Positions 45,698 through 55,609 of a stretch of 64,000 nucleotides of DNA are shown here, in pieces. The notes beneath the pieces were generated by a model, which saw nothing but the letters and a program-made list of their open reading frames with translations, was not told the DNA's origin and ran no database searches. The stretch is from the NCBI GenBank assembly GCA_964650485.1, contig CAZYTX010000015.1, positions 6,182-70,181 on the forward strand, written 5' to 3'. Each line of letters begins with the position of its first letter. Position 1 is the first letter of the stretch. The DNA comes from an uncultured bacterium (GTDB taxonomy: Bacteria > RBG-13-61-14 > DATKZS01). The position numbers were made by a program, and so were the translations under genes.

Positions 45698-47191
45698 CTA
45701 CCTTAAGTTCTCGATCAGCCGGATAAGCAGCCGCGTGCCCCTGCCCGACGGTCCTCCGGACAGGTACGGCCCGGCCTTGGGGTTCCAGAACACCGATGCT
45801 ATGTCCAGGTGGGCCCAGGGGGCCTCGCCCACGAACTGCTTTAAGAACATGCCGCCCACGATAGTGCCGGCTTCCCTGCGGGTGGAGGTGTTTATGATGT
45901 CCGCGACCTTGGACTCGATCAGCTCCTCGTACTCGTCCCAGGCGGGCAGTATCCAGGTGCGGTCCCCGGAGGCGTGCGCGGCCGCGCTGATCTTTCCCAG
46001 GAGCTCCTCGTTGTTTCCCATCAGCCCGATGGCCTGGCTGCCAAGAGCGATGGCGCACGCCCCGGTCAGGGTCGCCACGTCCACCACCCCGTGCTTCGGC
46101 TTCAATGACACCGCGTAGTGGAGCGCGTCCCCCAGCACCAGCCTGCCCTCGGCGTCGGTGTTCATGACCTCGACGGTGAGACCCGATGCCGTGCGGATCA
46201 CGTCGCCCGGTCGCTGGGCCCCTCCGCCGGGCAGGTTCTCGGCCAGCGGCATCACCGCGGTGGCGTTCACCTTGAGGCCCAGCTTCTTTGCCGCGGCCAC
46301 CGCGTGCAGCACGCACGCCGCGCCCGACATGTCCCCCTTCATCTGGTCCATGTTGGATGATGGCTTGATGGATATGCCCCCGGAGTCGAACGTGACCCCC
46401 TTGCCCACCAACACCAGGTCAAGCCCCTTCCTGGCCGCGCCCTGGTATTTCACAATGACCAGGCGGGGAGGGTTATGGCTGCCCTTGCCAACCGCCAGGA
46501 CAGCGTTCATGTTGCGTCTTTTAAGCTCCTGCTCCTTCCACACTGTGGCCTCTAGGCCGGCGTCCCTGGCAACCTTTCGGGCCTCTTTAGCAAAAAGCTC
46601 TGGGTACAGCTCGCCCGGGGGCCGGTTTATCATGTCGCGGACCGCGCACTGGGCATGGGCCGCTATCTCGCCGGGCCTGATGCCCTTTTTCAGCTTGCTG
46701 TCGCCGAACAGGGTCAGTGTGGACACCGGCGCAGCTTTCTTGTCCTTGGTCTTGTAATCCAGGAACCGGTAGCTCTTTAATATCGCGCCTTCCACGAATG
46801 CGCGCGAGACCTCGGCCAGGGATAGCCCCGGCTTGCCAGGGTCGCGCAGCTCTGCGTGGCAGGTCAATTTCTCGCCCTTGTCAGGCGCGCCCGTGACCAG
46901 GCCGCCGGCCTTGCGATAGCTCTCCGGCTCCAGTTTGTCCCTTTTTCCCAGGCCGGCCATCACTACCATGCCGAAAGGCGACTCCTTTCCGGCGGGTATG
47001 CTTATGACCTCGTCCTTCTTGCCCTTGAAGCCGCGCTTGATGCTCTGTGACACCGCGCCCCGGGTGGCCTTGTCTGCCGCCTTTGCCCCGGGCCACAGCC
47101 CGAGCTCGTCCTCCACGAAAACCAGCCCCAGCAGGTCGCATTTCTGTCTGGCTATGTCTCCCTTCCCCATAGTGATCCTGAGATCGCTCAT
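45698..47191 (-). CDS. pepA: Leucyl aminopeptidase (M17 family)
   Basis: ...VGKGVTFDSGGISIKP..., ...NTDAEGRLVLGDAL..., ...ACALGS... are M17 catalytic motifs. Confidence 0.8.
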   Translation of the reverse strand: MSDLRITMGKGDIARQKCDLLGLVFVEDELGLWPGAKAADKATRGAVSQSIKRGFKGKKDEVISIPAGKESPFGMVVMAGLGKRDKLEPESYRKAGGLVTGAPDKGEKLTCHAELRDPGKPGLSLAEVSRAFVEGAILKSYRFLDYKTKDKKAAPVSTLTLFGDSKLKKGIRPGEIAAHAQCAVRDMINRPPGELYPELFAKEARKVARDAGLEATVWKEQELKRRNMNAVLAVGKGSHNPPRLVIVKYQGAARKGLDLVLVGKGVTFDSGGISIKPSSNMDQMKGDMSGAACVLHAVAAAKKLGLKVNATAVMPLAENLPGGGAQRPGDVIRTASGLTVEVMNTDAEGRLVLGDALHYAVSLKPKHGVVDVATLTGACAIALGSQAIGLMGNNEELLGKISAAAHASGDRTWILPAWDEYEELIESKVADIINTSTRREAGTIVGGMFLKQFVGEAPWAHLDIASVFWNPKAGPYLSGGPSGRGTRLLIRLIENLR

Positions 47192-47215
47192 GCTCGCTTC
47201 CTCCTTGAATCAGCT

Positions 47216-48790
47216 TTACAAGGCCCCTGAAACTCCTTGTTCTTTTGAAGACAATATCATACTGGCAACATAGCGGTCCATAAAGTCCGGGTCAAGGTTG
47301 AGCTCCACGTGCCGGGTCCTCTCGGCCATGCCGCACGCCGTATCGAACATCTCGGGGTCGAGCATCATGGCCGCGCCCAGCCCTGCGCCGTTTGGAATGG
47401 AATGTATAAAAGACGGCCTGAACCCGGGCAGCAGCCCTATGTCCATCACCTCGGCGGGGTCCATCTTACCCCCGAAGCTGCCGGTCAGTATGACCCGTTC
47501 CAGGTCCTTAGTCTCCATTCCCGCGCGCTCGAGCAGTATCTCCACGGCCGCCCTGATGGCGCCCTTTGCCTTCTGCAGCTCGCGCACGTCGTTCTGGGAG
47601 AGGAATATGCCGGGAGAGAGCATGACACTCTTCCCGTCCCGCCCCTCCATGATCTTTATCCCGGGCGCGCTCCCCGGCTCCGCGATCCTGCCGGAAGGCT
47701 CTATGGCGCCCGCCTCTATAAGCGCGGTCACCGCGGACAGGAGCCCGCAGCCGGAGAGCCCTTTTGGCTTGCCGCCGCCAATTGTCGAGAGCTCCAGCCC
47801 ATGGTCCCGGCTCCACTTAACCCCGCTTATGGCGCCGTGGCCAGCCCTCATGCCGCAGCTTATGTTCACCCCCTCGAACGCGGGACCCGCGGCGGTGCTC
47901 GCTGCCATGAGCCTGCCGCCGGCTGCCAGCATGACCTCGCCGTTGGTGCCGAGGTCTATGGCAAGAGCATTGCACTCCTTTTCCATGTGGAAGGAAAGCA
48001 TGCAGGCGAGCGCGTCCGAGCCCACGAACCCGCCTATCAAGGGCGCGAAGCGGACCTCTGAGAGCCCCGGGAACAACGAGCCGATGGCCTCGGGCCTGTA
48101 CTCGACCGGCCCGGTGCGGCTTGGCTCGAAAGGTGAGCGCAGGAGCGTACCCACGGGCAGCCCAAGCGCCAGGTGGTGCATGGCCGAGTTTCCCACCGCG
48201 GTTGCCCTTTCCACCCGCTGGCGGGCGCTCGCATCCAGCCCGAGTCCCCGGGCAGCCTCTGCCACGCTCTTCCAGGCCAGCTCGCGCAGGAGTTCCTGGT
48301 TCTTCTCTGCAAAGCCCAGCCTGGACATGACCTCTGCCCCGTGCGAGGTCTGCAGGTTCAGGGTTGCATGGCCGGCGAACACCCTGCCCTCTTCGAGCCC
48401 CGTGATAAAGCAGGCCACCGTGGTGGTGCCCAGGTCAATGGCAAGGCCGAGGGGTCCGGGGACCTTTGACAGGTCCGCGCCGGTTGAAAAGGACTTGTCA
48501 GTGAAGACCGCGGGCGCCTCCATCTGCACCCGGGCCTCTCCAAGCACCTTTGTCTGGCATGCTAGCCTTATGCCCTTTTTGATCTCGTCCTCGCCAAGGT
48601 GCTTGAGCTCGTTTTCAGTGAGCGGGGAGAGCTCTCCGCCGGCCTTGACCCTGCACTTCCCGCACTTGCCCCTTCCCCCGCATGGCCGGTCAAGCAGCAC
48701 TCCCGCGGACAGTATGAGGTCGTCCAGCCTGGCGCCCGGCTCCGCGTCTATCTCCATGGAGGCGTCCTTCATTTCCAGCAGCAGCTTCAT
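47216..48790 (-). CDS. ASKHA-domain protein with N-terminal plant-type [2Fe-2S] ferredoxin domain (RACo-like reductive activator of corrinoid proteins, DUF4445)
   Basis: N-terminal CGGRGKCGKCRV...LACQT ferredoxin Cys pattern. LAIDLGTTTVA is the actin/Hsp70-fold phosphate-1 motif. Later ALAIDLGTNGEV and LTGSFGG complete the ASKHA signature. Stop overlaps the pepA-side spacer; start overlaps the upstream rSAM stop. Confidence 0.65.
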   Translation of the reverse strand: MKLLLEMKDASMEIDAEPGARLDDLILSAGVLLDRPCGGRGKCGKCRVKAGGELSPLTENELKHLGEDEIKKGIRLACQTKVLGEARVQMEAPAVFTDKSFSTGADLSKVPGPLGLAIDLGTTTVACFITGLEEGRVFAGHATLNLQTSHGAEVMSRLGFAEKNQELLRELAWKSVAEAARGLGLDASARQRVERATAVGNSAMHHLALGLPVGTLLRSPFEPSRTGPVEYRPEAIGSLFPGLSEVRFAPLIGGFVGSDALACMLSFHMEKECNALAIDLGTNGEVMLAAGGRLMAASTAAGPAFEGVNISCGMRAGHGAISGVKWSRDHGLELSTIGGGKPKGLSGCGLLSAVTALIEAGAIEPSGRIAEPGSAPGIKIMEGRDGKSVMLSPGIFLSQNDVRELQKAKGAIRAAVEILLERAGMETKDLERVILTGSFGGKMDPAEVMDIGLLPGFRPSFIHSIPNGAGLGAAMMLDPEMFDTACGMAERTRHVELNLDPDFMDRYVASMILSSKEQGVSGAL

Positions 48791-50169
48791 CTTCTGCCCA
48801 GGTTCCTCCTGATCAAGGATACGCCCTCCCCGGCCTCGGATAAAAACGCGGGCAAGGACCTCACCGACATGAGCCTCCTTGCAAGGTAGCCGGGCCTTAG
48901 ATAAAAGTCGCGCACAGCCTCGGCCTTGAGAGCGGCAACCTCCTGCCGGGACAATGCCCTGGTGCGCATGGACACAACCTCGCCGGCCTGGTCAGGGTCA
49001 ACACCCCGGGCCGCCAGGCCCTCGTCCTCGGCCGTTGTCCTGAGCCCGGTGGCCGCCCTGGGCACGGCCACGTTGTAGGACACAAAGTCGGGGTCAAGCT
49101 CGCGTGCAAGCCTCATGGTGGCGCGCACCGTGTGCTCGGTGTCCTCCGGCAGCCCGATTATAAAGGTGGCCACGGTCCTTATCTTGTGTTCTCTGCACAG
49201 CTCGAACCCCCGGCGCACCTTGTCCATGGCAAGCCCCTTGCGGTAGGCCTCCAGGATGTCCTGGTCCGCGCTCTCCACCCCCATGATCAGGGTGTGGCAG
49301 CCCGCTGTTTTAAGGGCCTTCACAAGGTCGGGGTCGAGCAGGTCTGCCCGGGTGAAGGTGGTCCATCCCATGCCCGGCGCCTTTGCAGCCATTTTCTTCA
49401 GCAGTTCGAGCGACCTTTTCCTGCGGGCCCCAAAGCACTGGTCGGTCACGAACAGCTCTCGCACCCCGCGGTTTTTAAGCCAGCAGAGTTCTTCGATCAC
49501 CTCGGCGCAGGGCCGGAGCCTGTATCCCAGGGATGCCATCACGCAGAAGCTGCACTTGAAGGGGCAGCCGAAGTCCGTGAGCACGGTGGCAAACCTCCTG
49601 CCTCTGGCAAAACTGAACCTGTAGCCCTTGTGTCCGAACAGCTCGTGGAGCGGTCTTCCCAGGGAGAACTCTTGTGAAGGCCCCGGGTCAAAGTCGCCTT
49701 TAACACCGCCGTCCTCGCGCACCACGAGGTCCGGCCCTGCCCTGCCCGTGTCGAGGTAAGTCTTAAGCCCGCTGCTCACGAACCTGAGAAGGGCCCCCTT
49801 TACAAAGGGGTGCTCGCGGAGCCACTCTTCCGGCCTGTCAAGGAAGACCTCGCCGGTTATGAAGAGGTCAGCGTCAACCCGGGCTGCGAGCTCCTTGTAA
49901 AAGGCTTTGTCCCCGGAGTCGGTGACCGCGCCCCACAGGCCCAGCACCGCCTGGGGGCCGATCTTTTCAATCTCCTGCATGCACTGATCGGTGGAGAGCT
50001 TCCTTGCCACCGCGTCAATGGCGTGCACCTCGCATGACCGGGCCAGTATTCCGGACTGCATAAGGAGGTCAATGGGCTGGAACAGGTAGTTCGACTTGGT
50101 GTGCTTGGAGCAGTAGTAGTCCCGGATGACCACGTCCCGGGCAGGCGGGTTCAAGAGCAGTATCTTCAA
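48787..50169 (-). CDS. B12-binding-domain radical SAM protein (class B rSAM, 460 aa), paralog 1
   Basis: N-terminal Rossmann-like B12-binding region MKILLLNPPA...HAIDA, and radical SAM cluster motif FGCPFKCSFC. 4-nt overlaps at both ends. Confidence 0.75.
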   Translation of the reverse strand: MKILLLNPPARDVVIRDYYCSKHTKSNYLFQPIDLLMQSGILARSCEVHAIDAVARKLSTDQCMQEIEKIGPQAVLGLWGAVTDSGDKAFYKELAARVDADLFITGEVFLDRPEEWLREHPFVKGALLRFVSSGLKTYLDTGRAGPDLVVREDGGVKGDFDPGPSQEFSLGRPLHELFGHKGYRFSFARGRRFATVLTDFGCPFKCSFCVMASLGYRLRPCAEVIEELCWLKNRGVRELFVTDQCFGARRKRSLELLKKMAAKAPGMGWTTFTRADLLDPDLVKALKTAGCHTLIMGVESADQDILEAYRKGLAMDKVRRGFELCREHKIRTVATFIIGLPEDTEHTVRATMRLARELDPDFVSYNVAVPRAATGLRTTAEDEGLAARGVDPDQAGEVVSMRTRALSRQEVAALKAEAVRDFYLRPGYLARRLMSVRSLPAFLSEAGEGVSLIRRNLGRR

Positions 50170-51356
50170 CCGGCTTCCCCCAGGGCCCTCTTAACGGCGG
50201 CGAACGCTTCATCCACGCTTATGCCTGTAAGACACTCGGGCTCATCGCGCATGCACCTCACCGTCTTTGCGTTGTAGATGTTTATGCAGGGCGAGCAGTC
50301 TATGCCCCGGTATAGCACGACGTGTCCGGGGCCCCGTGGCCCGAACAGTTGCGGGGTCTCTGGCCCGAAGAAGCTCACGGTCTTTGTGCCCAGCGCGTCC
50401 GCGAGGTGGAGCGGCCCGCTGTCGTTTGTGATAAGCAGGTCCGATCTCTGGAGCACCCCTACCAGGTCCCGGAGAGACGACTCCCCTGCAAGGCTCACCA
50501 CTGCGTCTGGGTCCCGGGCCCTCTTGCGCACCCCTTGCACGAACTCTGCCTCACCGGGCGTGCCCAGGAGCACCACCCTTCCCAGGGCTTCCCGGTTAAT
50601 CCTGTCAATCAGCTCCACGAAGCGGCCCTCCGGCCACCTGCGCGCAAGCGCCACCGTGGACGCGTTCGGGTTTACCGCGATCACTTGCTCACCCTCCTGC
50701 ACGCCCTTCCTGTGGAGGAGTGCCATGGCCCTTTCCTTCTCATCTCCTTTCGTATTCAGCTTCACCGGACTCGGCTCGTCGCTGTCATTGCAAAGGGCCC
50801 TCTCCAGGTTCATGAAGTTCAAGGTCACGTGCCAATAGGGGTTGAAGGCCCTTTGATTGTTGTGCAGGTCTCCTCTCCACACGTCCCAGCTATGGAAGCC
50901 GACCCTTACGGGTGCGCGCGACAGGCTGGTGACTATGGCTGAGAAGCGGGAGAGGTACTCGAGATCAATCACCGCGTCCAGCCCGATCTCTCTGACCGAG
51001 GAGAAGAAGCGGAGAATGTTCCACGCCACACCGGGCGCACTCTCGGGCAGGTCCAGGTAGTGCACTTGGTCCGCGATGTGGAGCAGCTCGACAATGCCCC
51101 TGTTCTGCTCCAGGGTAATAAGGTGTATCCTGGCGCCGGGGTTTGTGTTCCTCATGGCGTAGAACACCGGCGCGGCAAGGATGAGGCTGCCCATGCCCCA
51201 GAACTTTATCACCCCGATGTCTTTAAGGTCTGGTGCCCGGGGGTTAACGCCGGGCCTAGCCTTGTCCCTGCCCCGGGCTCTTTCGTACAGGGTGAGCGCG
51301 GCGCATATGGGCACTCCGGCGAAGCGGTCAATGCGCTTCATCCACTGCATGTCCAT
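50166..51356 (-). CDS. Glycosyltransferase family 9 (ADP-heptose:acceptor heptosyltransferase-like)
   Basis: IGVIKFWGMGSLILAAPVF...LLITNDSGPLHLADALGTKTVSFFGPE matches the GT9 fold motifs. Start chosen at MDMQWMK so that TGATG overlaps the upstream rSAM stop; the annotated ORF has a spurious 100-aa N-terminal extension. Confidence 0.7.
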   Translation of the reverse strand: MDMQWMKRIDRFAGVPICAALTLYERARGRDKARPGVNPRAPDLKDIGVIKFWGMGSLILAAPVFYAMRNTNPGARIHLITLEQNRGIVELLHIADQVHYLDLPESAPGVAWNILRFFSSVREIGLDAVIDLEYLSRFSAIVTSLSRAPVRVGFHSWDVWRGDLHNNQRAFNPYWHVTLNFMNLERALCNDSDEPSPVKLNTKGDEKERAMALLHRKGVQEGEQVIAVNPNASTVALARRWPEGRFVELIDRINREALGRVVLLGTPGEAEFVQGVRKRARDPDAVVSLAGESSLRDLVGVLQRSDLLITNDSGPLHLADALGTKTVSFFGPETPQLFGPRGPGHVVLYRGIDCSPCINIYNAKTVRCMRDEPECLTGISVDEAFAAVKRALGEAG

Positions 51357-52779
51357 CACACCCACCCCCTGAACTCGATCACCATCCTGGCGAACGCCGG
51401 CATCCCCCTCACTCCCACGTCGCGCCTTATCACCCGCCACACCCGGGAGGGGCTCGCGTAGAACCTTCGGTAGGCGCGCCTGCGCCATGCCTGGAGCTCG
51501 GCCGGGCTCATGCCGGGCAGGTCCATCACCGCGAAGTTCTGTTCGAACCTGTGCCAGGGCTCCTGCTCGACCCAGCCCTTCTCTGAAGCCGTGTTGAACA
51601 AGGGGGACCCCGGGAAGGGCACGGCGCAGTAGAACTGGGCGTAGTCGAGCGGGAGCGAGCATGCAAAATCAATGGTCTGCCTGACGGTGTCCTCGGTCTC
51701 CCCCGGGTATCCCAGCACCATGTGGGCGGTGACCTGGAGCCCGGCCTTCTTTGCCTGCTCGACCGCCTGCCGGTTCCGCTCGACCGTGACCTTCTTGTTC
51801 ATGAGGTCCAGTATGCGCTGGCTACCGGACTCCAGCCCCAAGCCTATCATCCAGCACCCGGCCCGGTGCAGGAGCCCGAGCAGCTCGGGGTCCACGTGGT
51901 CGGTGCGCGAGTTCACCACGAAGCGCACTCCAAGGTCGAGCTTTATGATCTCCTCCAGCACCCGGGCGGCCCACTCCCTGTTCAGGGTGAACGACTCGGA
52001 CCAGAACAGGAAGTCGTATATGGCGAATTCCTCGCGCACGTGTTCGATCTCCGCCGCGACCCTCTCCGGCGACTTTGTGCGCAGCTTGTGGCCGTAGTAG
52101 GCCGGGTCCGCGCAGAAGGTGCAGTGATAGGGGCACCCCCTGGATGTGCCTATCAAGAGGAAAGGCTTTGCCGAGAAGGGCATCCTGTAGAGATGCGTCT
52201 TTACAAGGCCCCAGGCAGGGAAAGGGAGCTGGTCCAGTACGGCCGGCTCGCGGTCGGGACCGTGCGAGAACCCGTCTCCGTCCCGGAGGGACATGCCGGG
52301 TATGCCTTTTAGTGTCTGGCCCCGCTCCACGGCCCTGGCGGCGTCGCGCACGGTGAGCTCGGGCTCGCCCCGCACCACCGCGTCCAGGCCGGCCGCTGTT
52401 TTCAAGGACTGCTCGGGCAGCGCCGTCACGTGGATGCCGATGGCCAGTATTTTTGAGTCCGGGAACTCCTTCTTGAGCTCGTCCGCGAGCCCGAGGTCTG
52501 AGTCTATGGAGGGCGTGGCGGTGTTTATAACGAACATCCGGGGCTGGAAAGCACGCGCCCGCTGGAGCAGCTCGTCTTTGTCCAGTCCCTCGATGATGCA
52601 GTCATCCAGCCGGCACCCGGCCCCTTCATCCTCCAGCACCGCTGCGATGGTGGCAAGCGATATGGGGGCCCACACCGCGGTCCATGCCCCGGCCCTCTGC
52701 ATGCACCTGCCCTCGCGCACCATGTCCACGCCGGATGCCGCGGGCGGGTTTATCATCTGGATACGCAAGCTCATACCAT
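51356..52779 (-). CDS. B12-binding-domain radical SAM protein, paralog 2
   Basis: Start at MSLRIQMINPPAAS (B12-binding fold), and radical SAM motif SRGCPYHCTFCADP. ORF track start 53113 is inside the upstream GT2 gene. Confidence 0.75.
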
Positions 52780-53460
52780 CTCCCGGAACAGTCTTATGAA
52801 GAACTTGTGCGCCTTCCTGAAGGTGGGCAGCTTTGACTTCCCCCCTGCTCTCGCGTACTCGTGGCTCCCCACTTCTCCCACCCGGAGCCCCTTTTTCAAC
52901 GCCTTCATCACCATCTCGTGCTCGATATCGAAGTCGTATGCGGAGAGGCCCAGGGACAGCGCCTTCTCCCTGTCCATTGCCCTGAAGCCGTTCAGGCAGT
53001 CGGTGAGCTCGACCTTGAAACGGAAAGATATGGCGATGGCCAGGAGGTTCCCGCCCAGGTCGCGGACAAAGTGGGTGAAGTTCGGGTGCACGTCGTCCGA
53101 GCCGCCGCGCCACCTGGATGCGATCACCATGTCCAGGTCGCCGGAAAGAATGGGGCCTGCCAGCCGGGGTATGTCGTCCGGGTCGTGGGACCCGTCCGCG
53201 TCCAGGAAAACCGCCACCTCTCCCGAGGCCTTCTCCAGGCCGGTGCGGTAGCCGTCACCCTTGCCGAGGCCGCTGTCCTCGAAAACCTTGGCGCCCGCGG
53301 CCTGGGCCAGCTCCCGGGTGCGGTCCCTGGAGCGGCCGTCAATGACCAGCACCTCGTCCGCACGGGGCAGGCACCTCTCCACCACGCTCTCAATGGTGGC
53401 TTCCTCGTCTTTTGCAAGAATCACCGCGGATACTTTGACAACCCGTGTATGCATAATCAA
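52771..53460 (-). CDS. GT2 family glycosyltransferase (polyprenyl-phosphate sugar synthase, DPM1-like)
   Basis: VSAVILAKDEEATIESVV...VLVIDGRSRDRT...VFLDADGSHDP (DxD) are GT-A signatures of Dpm1/GtrB-type enzymes. Overlaps the neighbours on both sides. Confidence 0.7.
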   Translation of the reverse strand: MIMHTRVVKVSAVILAKDEEATIESVVERCLPRADEVLVIDGRSRDRTRELAQAAGAKVFEDSGLGKGDGYRTGLEKASGEVAVFLDADGSHDPDDIPRLAGPILSGDLDMVIASRWRGGSDDVHPNFTHFVRDLGGNLLAIAISFRFKVELTDCLNGFRAMDREKALSLGLSAYDFDIEHEMVMKALKKGLRVGEVGSHEYARAGGKSKLPTFRKAHKFFIRLFREMV

Positions 53461-55328
53461 ATGCCCAGCCCGATGGTGATCTCTTGCGGGGGATTAACTA
53501 TTCCTATGAAGCCCACAGGATCGCCGCCCTTTGAAACCTTCACAAGCTCGGCCGGTGGACAGGACTGCAAGCCGTCCACCCAATGATAGGATACCACCGC
53601 AAGCCCCGAAGGTGTAGACACGCTTGAAAGCTCGATCTTTCCGAGCTTTGCTTTTACGCTGCCCGAGCCCTGCAGGAAGAAGTCGCGCTCGCGGTCCAGG
53701 ACGTAGGCTTCGATTTTTCCAAAGGTCTCGGAAAGCCTCGCGCCCTGGTATCTTGACATGCGCTCCCTGGAGGATGCGGAGAAGCATACGACCCAGCCTA
53801 TGTTGTAGAGCTCCATGGCCCGGTCGAGATCCTGGTCGGTGTACTCGGACACCGGCCTCGTGAGCAGGAGCCCGTCGTGGAACCCGGCGTAGTGGTGCTT
53901 TATGAATGCGTTCGGGAGAGGCCCGCCGATGAGCTCCCGGGGCGTGAGCAGGGGCAAGAGGTGCACCAGCCTGGCGCCGCCGTATACGTCCGAGTACTGC
54001 CCCTCCCACACGTTTATGTCCTCGATGAGGATGCGGGCGCTCCTGTCGGTGTTCTCGCGCACCCACGAGACCAGCTCCCGGCTGTTTTTGTCGAGCGTTG
54101 TTGTAAGGGGCGCCGCGCGGCTGAATGCAAGGAAGCTCGGCAGCAGGAGCAATGCGGCGAGGGCCGCGGCAAAGAGCGCCAGGGCTATGGCACGGCCCCC
54201 CTTGATGCGGGTTGCCGCGATCCAGTCGCTTGCCCTTTTGAGGCCCCAGCCGCTTGCCGGCAGCCACATGAAAAAGTATGCGGTCACGTAGCGGTAGGGC
54301 TGCAAATGCATGAGCCGCTCCGAGAAGGAGCCGAAGTAGGAGAGCAGGAGGAAGAACACCACAGCAGCGAGCAGGGGCGCGGCGAGCGCAGGCGACCTGT
54401 GCCTGATGAAGAAGAGCCCGCCTATGCCTGTGGCCACGATGAGCAGCCTGGCAAGGGGCAGGGCGTAAAAGGGCTGCAGCGGGACCATGTCCTTTATCCA
54501 CCTGAAAGGGTCAACGTTCTGGAAGAAGGTGGTTGCGGGGTCCAGGGTCTTCAGGTGCATGAACCTGAAGAAGGGGTATAGCCAGTGGAGGTTCACCATG
54601 AGAACGAACGCGAACGCCCCCACAAGGAGCATGAGGTCCCGGGGCCGGAGCGAGGGCGAGAACATGAGTATCCATACAAGGGCGATCGGCAGCACCAGCA
54701 CGAAAGCGGTCTTGTGCACGGTGAGGGAGGCGGCCAAAGCGAACAGGAGCAGTGCATAGGCCCGGTTCTCCTTGAGGTGCATGAACCGGTAAATGAGCGA
54801 GAGCGGGACCAGGAAGAAGTGGAGCAGGAAGGCGCCGGAGATCATGCCCATGCGGCCGAAGAAGGCGCACTCCGATACCCAGAAGTATACTACGCCCAGG
54901 GCGGAGGCGCACAGTGCCGGGCCGCGGCCGAGCCCGAACCAGCGCATGGAGAAATAGAGCGACAGGGGGGCCAGCGCAAAGCTCCCGATAAAGAGCAGCT
55001 TGATGATGCGGGCGAGGTCTTGGCTTTTAAAGACTACGGCGACAAGCTGCACGGGCAAAGCGGAGTTGAACACGAAGTCCAGGGGATAGCCGGCCATGAA
55101 GAAGGGGTCGTAACCCCACATCCTGCCGTGCTCGCTCGCAAGCTCGCGGGCAGCGTTCGCCCAGTAGTACTGCGAGCAGAAGTCAACGTTGAGTACGGGC
55201 CGGGTGTTTACGATGTGTTCAAATGACTTGAAAGACGATAGGGTGAGGCAGACCTGCAGGATGAGGAGTATGCCAAGGACCAGTGCCGTGTACCCGGCCG
55301 GGAGTCTTTTCTGTTGAGTGTCTCTCAT
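53457..55328 (-). CDS. Polytopic membrane protein (623 aa, >=11 TM, C-terminal soluble domain), putative GT-C-fold glycosyltransferase
   Basis: Topology and size resemble PMT/ArnT-like GT-C enzymes. It is first in an operon with a DPM1-like GT2, the classic donor/transferase pairing. No diagnostic motif confirmed. Confidence 0.4.
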   Translation of the reverse strand: MRDTQQKRLPAGYTALVLGILLILQVCLTLSSFKSFEHIVNTRPVLNVDFCSQYYWANAARELASEHGRMWGYDPFFMAGYPLDFVFNSALPVQLVAVVFKSQDLARIIKLLFIGSFALAPLSLYFSMRWFGLGRGPALCASALGVVYFWVSECAFFGRMGMISGAFLLHFFLVPLSLIYRFMHLKENRAYALLLFALAASLTVHKTAFVLVLPIALVWILMFSPSLRPRDLMLLVGAFAFVLMVNLHWLYPFFRFMHLKTLDPATTFFQNVDPFRWIKDMVPLQPFYALPLARLLIVATGIGGLFFIRHRSPALAAPLLAAVVFFLLLSYFGSFSERLMHLQPYRYVTAYFFMWLPASGWGLKRASDWIAATRIKGGRAIALALFAAALAALLLLPSFLAFSRAAPLTTTLDKNSRELVSWVRENTDRSARILIEDINVWEGQYSDVYGGARLVHLLPLLTPRELIGGPLPNAFIKHHYAGFHDGLLLTRPVSEYTDQDLDRAMELYNIGWVVCFSASSRERMSRYQGARLSETFGKIEAYVLDRERDFFLQGSGSVKAKLGKIELSSVSTPSGLAVVSYHWVDGLQSCPPAELVKVSKGGDPVGFIGIVNPPQEITIGLGI

Positions 55329-55473
55329 GCATTCAATTTGTTAAGAGTCTTTCTTGAAAGCCATGCGTTCCCTGAAGTTCTGTAACGGTACAGACTTATA
55401 AAAAGAAAAGAGTTTAAACAGGCGGCCTTGCATAATTATTAACATTTGAATCAAGATAAAATAAAGCTTGCTC

Positions 55474-55502
55474 TTGACAGAAAAACTTTTCATATTATAC
55501 CA
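55474..55502 (+). promoter_or_regulatory. Candidate sigma70-type promoter for the PPC-domain lipoprotein gene (TTGACA ... TATTATAC)
   Basis: TTGACA at 55474-55479 in an AT-rich 280-bp divergent region. The -10 assignment is ambiguous: spacer is 13-17 nt depending on which hexamer is used. Confidence 0.25.
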
Positions 55503-55609
55503 TAACTAGTTGAAACTTTCATCTCACATCCGGCTACTATTCACGCAAACATGAATAAGAATGTCCGATTCCGGACGCAGGTGAAAAATCAAAAAAGGAG
55601 AATGAAGTC

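Noticed and set aside
50166-51662. Extended 498-aa version of the GT9 gene starting at 51662
   Set aside because: The first ~100 codons are an Arg/Gly/Pro-rich read-through of the upstream rSAM gene's 3' end in another frame. The GT9 homology begins at MDMQWMK (51356), which also restores the TGATG coupling seen elsewhere in the operon.
53494-54581. Long ORFs 53494..54501 (-) and 53877..54581 (+) rich in Arg/Gly/Pro inside the GT-C membrane protein gene
   Set aside because: Alternative-frame and antisense artefacts. The in-frame product is a convincing polytopic membrane protein.
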